A DNA stretch of 55,673 nucleotides, counting the filler, from Catajapyx aquilonaris (taxonomy: Eukaryota), in assembly GCA_000934665.2 (NCBI GenBank). It is 2 parts of 2 records of this genome, joined end to end, with 100 filler letters (N's around TTAATTAATTAA, not from the genome) between each part and the next. Parts side by side here need not be neighbours in the genome. Positions count along the whole stretch, not along the records: positions 27,832 to 55,673 come from JYFJ02005012.1; 1 more part is not named here. One strand, 5' to 3'. The position numbers and the translations under genes are program-made. Under the pieces are notes generated by a model that worked only from the letters and a program-made list of their open reading frames with translations, was not told the origin of the DNA and ran no database searches. This document shows, piece after piece, positions 39,693 to 50,800 of this stretch. Every line of letters begins with the position of its first letter. Positions within the stretch are counted from its first letter, which is position 1.

Positions 39693-40231
39693 CCAGTAAG
39701 TCACATCAAACAACAAACCAGAATGACATACAAGTATTTGTGCTTGTAATATATTAATTGGCCGCACTCTGTTTATGAATGTGTACATGAATAAATCTGA
39801 CTGAAAATTTACGCTGCATTAACATTTCATACAAATTGTTCCCCTCCTCCCCTATATACAACTCCCATCATTTCCAAGCTTTCGCATTATAATTATGGAT
39901 TTTACATCATTCGGACACTTTTTGATTTCGTAGAGAAGGGATATTCAAGCCTTATTCTGCCCATATACCAAGAACTACTAATAATAGACTTTATTAGTTC
40001 TTCCCCGTACTGCATTGATAAATATATTCTTTCAATGATTTTTTTTTACTTATATGAGTTGATAATACTATAGTTTATTATTGTGGGCAGTATTGTCATC
40101 AATTTTCTTTCACACCCACAGCAGGTTCGCGCTGTCACTTCCTATATTGTGCAAGGTTACTCCGCGATAGGTACAGGTATAATAATGAGCTTTTTTTTCT
40201 TCCACAGAGTTTAGGCATTTGGGGCACTGTA

Positions 40232-40547
40232 TAATAATAATAATTAATAATTTGATACCCCATTATCAGCCTTCGGGCTTTCCTAGGGGGGGATTTCTCC
40301 CATTTTTTTTTTGTCTGGAACTCTTTCCATTTTTACTATTTTTTCTCATCACCGGAATGAAGCAGGGAAAGGGAAGGCCGGAGGCGGCTGTGGCCTATAT
40401 TACGGTAACGACCCCGGAATTATCCTGCAAGGACCATGGGAAACCACAGAAAACCATGGTCAGGGTCGCCGGCCTCCGGGATTCGAACCCAGGACCTCCC
40501 GATTAGCAGTCGGACACCATACCACTACACCACTACTGCTTCGGTAT
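40232..40547 (-). mobile_element. tRNA-derived SINE (family C), long copy
   Basis: - strand A box TGGTGTAGTGG, B box GGTTCGAATCC, (TTA)n-type tail; 16-bp TSD CATTTGGGGCACTGTA (40216-40231 and 40548-40563). Confidence 0.9.
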
Positions 40548-40992
40548 CATTTGGGGCACTGTACAGTACATCTCAACGCAAAAGCGTATATAAATAACTC
40601 CACAGAGACATAAATATAACCATTTTTTTGTGCATGCATCTCCTGTAGACACAGCACTTTTTTTGCTATTAACTCTGAAAGGATCTCTAAAAGTGTATTT
40701 CTTCAGGAATAGCTGAAATACCGGTAGCTACCACCAACATCAAGACAATATTGCATCAGAACTACCGGGTGCGGAAGGGCGTGCACCTTGAACACCCGGC
40801 CGGCTGCATGCTGTTACCGGCTGCTTGTGTCCAAGCAGAAGAATGGAGAACCAGACAAGGACGACCAACCATACCGTACAGGAAGGGGGGTATATAAAGA
40901 TGCCGGTAGCCGGCCTACAACCATCACCATCCACGAAGCAGTCTCAGCCTCCGGATCAGTCTCCCAGAAGGACAAACACACCCTCAACAACA

Positions 40993-41528
40993 ATGCAGTG
41001 CTTGGTAGGTGGACACCGATTATTTCCATTGCACATTAATGCTGACGTGTGGTTATGTCTCGTGTGCAGGTCATCCTCCCCATGCTGGTGGCAGTGGCAG
41101 TGGCAAGGCCTGGCTTCCTGGGCGCCCCTGCTGCCTTGGCCCCTGGTCTGGCCCTGGCTGGTCCCCTTCCCCGCTACGGAGGCCCCATCCACATCCCGGC
41201 CATCGTCGGAGGCTTCGTCGACGACACCCCAGAGGTCAAGGCCACCCGCGCTGCCCACCTGGACGCCCATGTCCAGGCCAACGCCAGGAACTACGGCGTC
41301 GCAGCCGTCGGCGTCGGACCCGCCCTGCCCGGACCCCTGGCTGTTGGACCTGCTGCCTTCGGGTACGCAGGACCCCTTGGATACGCCGGACCCCTGGGAT
41401 ACGCCGGTCCCTTCCCAGCCGTCGTCAATGGCTTCGTCGACGAGACCCCTGAGGTCAAGGCTGTAAAGGCTGCCCACTTCGACGCCCATCTCGAGGCCAA
41501 GGCACGCAACGGAATCATCTTCGGTTAA
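40993..41528 (+). CDS. cuticular protein with two 18-residue motifs, 156 aa (copy 4)
   Basis: TATATAAA at 40891; exon 1 40993-41004, intron 41005-41069, exon 2 41070-41528. Near-identical to copies 2 and 3. Confidence 0.92.
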
Positions 41529-43114
41529 ATACTTAAATTATTTATTGTGTTAAATGGAGTGTGAAAATCGCGAAAATTAGTAAAAGAAGAAGTGGGAAAC
41601 ATGACAGCTGGTTCCCATGCTTTGTGTAGGTGAACATGAGGAGTACCTCTGACTGCTTTCTTTGATTGAATCACCATCTTGACATGTACTGAATGTTTCT
41701 TGATAACAATCAGGGGAAAAATATTAAAATTCAAAGTATGAAATAATTTCGCGTCGTTCCACTATTTTGAACATCCCTGAAGAATAGTATTTTTTTACAG
41801 AAACATAATCATCATCATAATATCTCAAGTAAATAACCTAGCCTTTTAAAAGTGTGCACGACCTATGCTCAAACGGTTTCAAAATTTTCACCATCAGTAT
41901 GCTTCTTACTAATGACACAGTCCAATGCAGAAGTGTAGATTATATAATCAGCACATTTTAATATCAGGCAGCCGATCATCGGGTAGCCTACTAGTAATGA
42001 ATATACAGTGCATTTTACTCCAAAATAATAATCAGAGTAATTTGTGCTTAATTTTAATAACGGAAGTGCAGGTAGACAAGGATCTCATGAAACCTTTAAA
42101 CAACCATCTCGGAAAAAGACATTCCATTCCTTCTTACCATATTACGGACAAGTTCCACTCATCCTGGGCATCTAATAATAATGCTTCAGAATCACCTCTT
42201 ATCAGATATTTTTCCATATCAAGAAGTGTCAGTGTTGTTGCACGTATTCAAAGAACAGTATAGTATAGCATTCAGTTATTTATGTATAACAAACTCGGGA
42301 ATGTGGGCATTTATTGACGAAGCAATATACTGCAGATGTCTCCCCGTTTTCAATAATTACAAGTTTTAATAAATTATCATAAACTTCATCGTACAACATG
42401 AAGGGCAGTAGCACTGCTTATGGATAAAACATTGAGAAAACAATAGCCTCTTGAGCCCTGGAGATAATACACAGTTGTTCCAAGTGCGAGTACTGTATTT
42501 TCAAACTGTTTTTTCGATCCTACATCGTCAAAAAAGCGAGAGGTAAAATAGTTTGCTACCAAATCAAGTGTGTTGGTCAATAGATTTTTTTGAGGGTCGC
42601 ATATCAGGTTTTAGTTCTCACAGCACTTCTTTGAACGCGTATAACACAAAAATTTTCTCAACAAGTCTTCTGTGTCCGTACTGAGAACCTTGTCATCCTG
42701 GAAGCTGTACCACACGACATGCACCAGATTTCTGAAAGCCCCCACCCTGTTTTTCCGTCTCTCTAAAACCATAGCCCATGTAAAACACAGTGTAATGTCA
42801 CAACCATAATTGCAAAGATTTATATTAATACGTTCAATGTGTCATGTAGGAGCTCTAATCGTATTTACAAGTAGAGAGCTTGTATAAGGGTCCTGCTGCT
42901 TGGTCATACCTTGCTAGAAAGATGTCTCCAAAGATTGATGCCAAACTGATAAGAATATGCATGTGTTTTGTATTGTTTTTTTATTATTTTTAATACTTTA
43001 CAGATCTTCCCCACATTCATCCCAAATTGTACAAGAAAATCTCGATCGTTTTATCTGGTTTTTCAATTTTTTTGGAACCAATTTCTGATATTTTCTCAAC
43101 TTCCGTAAGATAAT

Positions 43115-44035
43115 TTAATGATGGAAAACGCCGTTGCGGACCTTGGCCTCGTGATGGGCATCGAAGTGGGCAGCCTTGGTGGCCTTCACCTCAGCAGTCT
43201 CATCGACGAAGCCACCAACGACAGCAGGGGCATGGTGGTATCCACCGTAGTAACCGTGTCCAGCGTAGCCCAGATGTCCAGCATAGCCATAGCCATGATG
43301 TCCAGCGTATCCGAGGTGTCCGGCGTACCCGAGGTGTCCGGCGTATGCGGGTCCAACGTAGGCGGTTCCAGTGTAAGCAACGGGAGCCACAGCATATCCA
43401 ACGGCATGTCCGTCAGCATGTCCATCGGCATGTCCGACACCGACAGCTGCGACACCGTAGTTGCGGGCATTAGCGTGGACATGGGCGTCAAGATGGGCAG
43501 CCCTGTTGGCCTTAACCTCAGCGGTGTCGTCGACGAATCCATTGACGATGGTGGGAACGTGGATGGGGCCAGAATATGCGTGTCCAGCAGCATAACCAGC
43601 ATGGCCCACAGCATAACCAGCATGACCCACAGCATGGCCCACAGCATGGCCATCAGCAACAAATGCGGGGGCACGGGCACTGGCATGGGCATGGGCATCC
43701 AGATGAGCAGCCCTGGCAGCCTTCACGTCAGGAGTGTCATCGACGAACCCGTTGACAATGGCAGGCACATGGATGGGGCCAGAGTAGGCATGGCCGTGTC
43801 CAGCATAGCCATGACCAGCATAACCGGCGTGTCCAGCATAGCCATGTCCAGCATATCCGGCGTGTCCAGCATAACCAGGAGCATAAGCGGAGTAGGTGGT
43901 GGCACCCAGGAATCCGGGCTCTGCGATGGCTACTGCCACCAGCATGGGAAGGATGACCTGCAAAAATCACAATCAGTGAACGTGTCTAATGACCATTAGG
44001 TCTAATGAGCACTTGATACCTACCAAGAGCTTCAT
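43115..44035 (-). CDS. His/Gly/Tyr-rich cuticular protein with three 18-residue motifs, 284 aa (copy 5)
   Basis: TATATAAA on - strand 44119-44112; exon 1 44035-44024 (MKLL), intron 44023-43958, exon 2 43957-43115. Signal peptide, GYAGH/GHAVGH repeats, three 18-aa motifs. Confidence 0.92.
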
Positions 44036-45967
44036 TGTTGTTATGTTGAGAGAGCCTTTGTTTCGTGCCTGAGTCTGACTTCTGGATGATGCCCAGAACG
44101 GTGCCAGCATCTTTATATACCCCTTTCCAGTAGTACAATTCGACCTTGTCCGGGGCTACAATCCCACATTCTTGGATACGCTACCTGTAAAGAGAGCGAC
44201 GAGAGTCTTCAAGGTTCACCCCCCTCCTTCCTTATGAGGCGGGTGCAAGCTCTTCTCGGGGGGGTCTGGAATAGTGTGGAAGAAAAAAAACTTCAGTCAA
44301 TCTAAAACAAAGTGCACATATCAATCTGACATTACCTTGAAGAGACCTGCCGATTTTTATTAGGCCATAAGCTACCTACATGGCACTTGTTTATGTCAGT
44401 CGCATCGTCTGTTGAGTGTTTGTCGTAAATCTTGCCTTGCATATTAATCATGTGATTATTTAAAGCAGCATTAAATTTGTTTGGTCAGTCACCTCGGCTG
44501 CTGCAGCAGACAGGAAGGCAATTTCGCAGGTGCCAAATACGCCTTAAACCATATTTGGCCGATTCTGGTTTTCTACTCCTGGGCGTGGTAGCCTCCATCG
44601 AGATTATTGTCTATAGCGGACTGGTTTTTTCCCTGCAACTGCTGAATATAGCGGCCAAAGACTGAAATAAAAATTTGTATTCCACACGCAATGCAATTCT
44701 GATTTCCGTGGCATGTTATACTTTCCACAAAACGTATATAGGTGTGGTCGGTGGCAGTGCATTCGTTTGTAAAATGAACATGGCTCACCGTGTGCACATA
44801 TTTCGGATTTGTAGCTGTATAAGCTACAATTCAAGCAGGAAAACATCAACATTAAAACAAGGCAACTTAGTTAAAATACTTGGGCGTTTATTAAAGTGAT
44901 CAAGTTCTTCTTGTCCCACATCCTAATACATTTCATATTAAAGAGGTCGCGAATGAAAAATGTCTATTAACTTTCCGTAAACAAAACAACGACAAAAACG
45001 TGGGAGTGATTCTGTCAAGAAATATTTAATTAATTAATCCCTGATTCGATGCCGTATTTTTTATTTAAAAAAACGAATTCGGTTTAGTTGGAGTGAGAAT
45101 GAATAGGGTCAAGTCAAACCTTTCCCCCCCAACTGGAGGTTATTGGTCTGTAAATGTCTTTTTATTCAGGAGCGTAAGCCGGAAATATACGATTATTTCC
45201 AAATTTCCATTACGGATCTGATTCATAAAAGAGATTAAATCAGACAACTTAAATACCTGTATCGCTTTCAAAGAATGTACTGAAGGTCTGAAAATACGTA
45301 GGCTATATACGTGGAAGGATTAGAAACCGTTCCGGGTCTGGTACGTAATACCGAAAGACATATTACAGACAGAATAAATTTCCGACAGCTTTATTACCGA
45401 AAATATACAAAGAAAATATAGCTTTCCACTTTTATATATTTTCCGTGAAATAGGTGTTATATAACAGATTGGTTCAAAGTGGGGGAATTAGTATAGCCGA
45501 ATAGCGTATCCAAAGGTTGCAAAGCATTGCAATGAGCCATCAAATATAACTTTTTTATTATTATAAGCTTGATTTTAGTTTAAAGATTAAAGAAAGTCAG
45601 CCTTGCAAGACAAATGCGGCAGTATAAAAATTAGTGATAATGTAGATTTAAAAAATGTCGGATTCAAAATTCCAGGCGATACACAAACACACTTACCTTC
45701 AGTCGAAACCACTTACATTCGCAGCAGCTACGAGTAGACTAAGTATACCACTCATAAAAACATCATGATCGCTAATAATTTTGGTGACAACCGGTTTTAT
45801 TGGAGGCACATTTTATTTGAGAACTATACACCAGATTCTGACTGAATCCAAAACAATAAGAGAAGACGAAGCCCATTTGAAAGAAGTCTTCGCCTTATTG
45901 CATTTTTTTTTCTTCAAAATAAATACATTTTTGACAGCTTTGAAAAAAAAAGGAAGCAGATGACTGG

Positions 45968-46596
45968 TTAAACTTCTGGAGCTGAAGCCGGAGCAATATT
46001 TTCCACCACCTCTTCTAAGAACGAAACCAGGTCAGAGGGCAGCTGTTGAGGCCTCTGACCTCGCGACGCAGCCACGACTTCTTTCGAAGGCGCACCACGG
46101 CAAGCACTGTCGCTGGTGCAAGAATCTGCGGAAACAGTGAGGGTAAATAAGAGTCGACCTTCTTTATATATACAGTGAGGTCATACCTTCTGTACAGCAC
46201 AGCCCCATCGCAGCACATTTTCCGGACCGTTCAGATCCGCAAGGACGAGCCTTGTTCTCACACTGGACTGGAAAGAGATTCTCAGCACGACAAGCTGAAG
46301 CTTCTCTGGTCCTCAGATAGCAACCGATTTCAGGACCACAGCACAACTCCGGACCAAAGCAGCGACCTTGCCCATTAGGGCCACACACGGCACACTGCGC
46401 AGAAGAAAAAAAATACATCAGTAATATCAAATTCGATCTGAATTGTATATGAACTGACCTGTCTGATTGCTTGAGGTTTGTAGTGTGATTGTGACCTCTT
46501 TCCTCCAGGAGGGCAGTTGGTGATGAAACAGGCGCTGGTGATGCAGAAGATGCAGGCCACGGCCAGTAGCGTTTGGTGCACTCGAAATGGAGACAT
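45968..46596 (-). CDS. oxytocin/vasopressin-family neuropeptide precursor (CFITNCPPG-amide + neurophysin; inotocin-like), 3 exons, 167 aa
   Basis: Exons 46596-46459, 46394-46187, 46125-45968 (GT-AG; phases 0 and 1). Signal peptide MSPF...ITSA, nonapeptide CFITNCPPG, GKR amidation/cleavage site, Cys-rich neurophysin (CGP...CFGP..CCG...GC...C..EN...PCG....G.CAA.GLCC...SC.....C). Confidence 0.97.
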
Positions 46597-46649
46597 GATG
46601 GTTTGATGGGTATCGGCTCGGCTGTGTCCCCAACCGATTGTCCTCAGGC

Positions 46650-46656
46650 ATTTATA
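46650..46656 (-). promoter_or_regulatory. TATA box of the OT/VP-like gene
   Basis: TATAAAT on the - strand, about 55-60 nt upstream of the ATG. Confidence 0.7.
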
Positions 46657-47433
46657 CCTCCCCAAGAAGACTTTCTTCTTTCAATTTGCGTGGGTTCGTA
46701 GCGCCGGCGCCGTCGACTGAACTGTCTGGCACAATCTGTTCTTCTTATTTCTTTAAAAAAAAATCTGTCTCTAAGTTGCACGTGGGCTGGTCTTTTATTC
46801 GTTATTTTTCCATAATATCCGACCGGTCATCCTTTGAAATATGGCTTCGTTAGGGGAACCAACATGTCCACACGCCCTTTCCGGGTTTCTATTGTGAATA
46901 ATGACGTGTAATCGTAGTTTGCGAATCTTAATTAACGGCGGGATCCTCCTTCTTAATTGGTGGGTTTAACTTTGGGGACTGACCAACACACAATGACGAA
47001 CGGAAAATGGTAGTCCGCAAGTAATGTCTCCTTGGATTTGATGCGAAGGCGTGCGGTATATAGGGTTCGAAGGTTGGACATATCGTATTTTGTTGGGCCA
47101 TCATTAGAGGAGGAAGAAACGGAAATGTGACCACCATTACCAATGCTACCCAAAGATGGAATTTCCTTCAAATGCTGCAACTTCCTCGAGAGGACAAAAA
47201 AACATTGGAAGAAATCTGAATTATCGCCTTTAAAAAAAACACGAGCCTTTGGCAAAAGCGATGGTTTTTTCGTGTCTTCTTGGATTACTCTGCCTGGATC
47301 TCTTCCTTCGCCATACATTTTCTTTCCAGAGAATCCGTCCAGCGGTTGGAATACACAAGTGACTGATTTGCAAGGAAGATATTGTTGCGGGTTCGTCCGA
47401 GGACAAAAGATCTTTTGTGAAAAATGTTGCGGC

Positions 47434-47445
47434 TGACGTCACGTG
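47434..47445. promoter_or_regulatory. overlapping palindromic CRE (TGACGTCA) and E-box (CACGTG)
   Basis: TGACGTCACGTG lies about 15 nt upstream of TATAAAA (around 47459-47467) in the OT/VP-Hhex intergenic region. Function untested. Confidence 0.45.
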
Positions 47446-47885
47446 GAAGCTTTATTGTTATAAAATTGGCCACTCGAACAACACGTCGTGTTTATATAGA
47501 CTTTATCAGCAAAATACAACACAATTGCATCAGTGCACAGTACTGGATCTGAACTTTGTGACATGCGTACGAAGCCGACCTAATCACCAAAATGTCACGA
47601 ATTATCTCAGCTAGAATGCTTGTCAAACATGACCAATCAATCCGACCTCGGTTGGTCTATATCTTGCTAAACGGGGTCTATTGTGAGCTCTAGTTATTAT
47701 AGCCAGTGTCCCCTGCTTTTTCCTCCCAGCTTACATATACGCGTTAGCTCTCAGTTAACCAGAGGATATAATCTTATCGGCAACCGGCGGAACTTGGAGC
47801 AGCAGCGGCTACCAGTACTGGCCGAAGCAGTAGCAGATGAGGAGCTGTGTTTGGTTCTTCCGCAACAACAGTGCTGTAGTGCACC

Positions 47886-50800
47886 ATGATGGCACACGAC
47901 AAGGCACCAGCACCACCAAGCAGTGGTCGAAAGGGATTCCTGATAGCGGACATCCTCAAGCAGCCTTCGTCGTCTCCGGTATCGCAGTCGTACCCTCCGA
48001 CAAGACCTGTACCGCCGCACCATCCTGCTGGAGGTGGTTACTGGGCATGTCCTCCTCTTATGGTTGACACTCTGGTGCGTCCAACACCTCTGTACGCTGC
48101 GTTTGGGTCGGCGCCGACGTACCAGCACTTTCCGTACAGTCTTCCGGTGAACCATCCGGATGCATTCAGAGGTCATCACCATCCAGGGTGCTACCCGGCA
48201 CCGTCGGGTCCACAGGGACAGATTTTGCATAATCAAGCCAGTATTGCCTTCAGTTACCACGAAAGGCTCAATAGTAAGTGTTGACATGCATACATAATGG
48301 TATTTTTTTTTTTTCATTTACCCCGTGATACAGCCTCTTGGTTGTTATAGGGGGGTGGCAGACCACCATACAGTTTTCTAATTAATTTTTTCTTCGGTCA
48401 CCGGTGCAAGGAATACTAGGAAATTGGGTAAGGGTTGGGGGTTTGGGGAGGGGACACATGTGCAGGTGCATTGTCCAGCGGTGGGCCAGGTGCAGTCCCC
48501 CAGGAGGTCAGGTTGCCAAGACGCCTCCTTAGGCGCGGGTCACGACCCATTGACGCAAGCGAAAGGTTTACTCCCGGGTGGGGATTTGAACCCGGGACCT
48601 TTCGCATAGCAAGCCGAGACGTTACCATCTCGGCCACCGTAACTCCCCCACATAATGGTATTATTTATTCAGTTATTAAAAGACTCCCAGTGTATGTCCA
48701 GGCCCCAAAAATGTTTCAAGAAGTGATCAAAATTGCGTAGAATTAGGATGCAAACATAATTAATTTTGCTTTACTTGTCAATAAAGGTTAAGGGCCCGTT
48801 CGTACAGTTTAAAATTCATTTTTTTCAGTCTAATTTTACTCATCGCGTGGGCTACACTAACAATAAAGCACAGGCTCAACTTTCACGTGTTCATGAACTT
48901 CTTATACCAGTCAAATCGAGAGTAATAACACTCTATACCGCCTCAGGGATCTAAGAGATAATGTTACCCAGTGATAGGCATCTGGCCTCTTAGGGGATCA
49001 TTTTGGCTCGGATTTATTCTGCGATGTGATGGATTTTAATTGTTATAATAATTGAGAAAACCCATGCGAATTTGACGACAAGCAATTGAATCTCTTTCTG
49101 TATATGAGAAGTTCCTCTGTCCGACTCTGGGATCGAAATGAGGACTTTAGAGGTGGAAGGTTGTAGAAATAACGCCTTCCTATAGATCTCAGCGACTATA
49201 ATGTATTTTTAACTGTAGAGAAATCATAAATAATAAAATATGGCATAATAACAATATGGCACGGAAAAAACATTATTTCAGACTTGTCAAAATAATCAGG
49301 CACACAATAATATTGTACACTAACTGTACGTATATAACGAGTGAAAGGCTATGTTGCATATCGTCAATGATCATGCGAAACCTCATATCTCTTGCAAAAA
49401 CCAATGGAAAATACGAGGTTTTGCATGATCACCGACGATATGTAGGCCGTTATAATTGAAAATGATGTACGGGAATATATTATTCTCGTACATCATTTTT
49501 GCAATCATAACGGTCAAAAGAAAAATAGGTAGTCCATCATAATTGATTTTTGTTAATAGTCAACTGATAGCAGAATATTGCGCATTGACCATTATAAGGG
49601 AAGTAGGTGGGTTTTTCCTCTTTCTGCTGCCATCAAGAGCAATCTTTTAATATGTTGGGACTCCCCCATATGCTACCTCATGGGTGCGATAAACTTTAGC
49701 AGACGCAGGAAAACCCCCTACCCCATATACCACAAAAATTATATGATGAGCATGAAATTTCAGAGAGGCAAATAAAATTGAAGCACTGTGAATAAAACTA
49801 AATTATTTAAAATGTTGCACACATGCTGTAGAATTATTTCCCATTCTTACAATAGGCCTATATCATTTAATTTTATTCACATTGCATCAGCCGGAAATGT
49901 AGGTAAATGTTGTGATGGTCTTATGGGTGGTTTGTTTTACTAGCGCTATACAGATTACGTACAGTATAGCCTACTTATACCGCCCGAAATTTTATGCACC
50001 TGAAGTTTCCAGTGTATGTGCTTTTATACGAAATATATGTGCAATAAGATCAAATTATGCACAGAAATTACATTTGCGAACATTTCAATGATTGACATTA
50101 TTATTTTTGCTTTCTTTTGTGTACTTCAAGATCATATGGTACAGTACGATCAAGTGTGAATGACACAATCTTATATTGTTAGATATCCATTCGTACTCAT
50201 AAAACGCATTATCGTAACACACAGGTGTTTTTGCTGATCGGAATTACCTACTTATACCCATGATAAACTTTCAGTACAAGAAGCAATTAAGCGACGTACT
50301 AGCTGAACGTTACGTCTGCATGTAAAACGTACCGTATAATTATATAATTTTCCATCTTGGCAAGCCTTTGTATCCGGGATTCTTCCGCATAAATTGGTCA
50401 ACATTTAATAATTGGATTAAGTTACATCGCATAATTTTGTGGTTTGCTATCGTCGTAACATTGTGCAATGCGTTGCATTTCAAATTCCGCTGCAGTCTGA
50501 TGTTACGCCCATCTTGCAACCACAAAAAAAACCAACATTAACCTCGTGCATGACTTTTCCTCCTACATATTACAATTGCACATCGTCTCCACTGAACTTT
50601 TCATATTTGCCTCAGTGTGCAACTTTTTGGGGAAATCCGAAAAATAATCCAAAAATAGTTGTGGTATAGAAACGAGGAAATGTGACGCTATAGTTCTATG
50701 CTCGTAACAATTCTGGTTCAGATTAAAGCAAGATTTTGCACATTCGACGACTATTTTAATTTATGAAAGAAACCCATATCCTGAAAAATATCAGGAATCA

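Noticed and set aside
31078..43999. Long antisense and alternative-frame ORFs overlapping the cuticle genes (e.g. 31078-31800 -, 35228-35761 -, 43118-43999 +)
   Set aside because: Shadow ORFs expected from GC-rich, repetitive, codon-biased sequence; they have no promoter or splice support and no recognisable domain.
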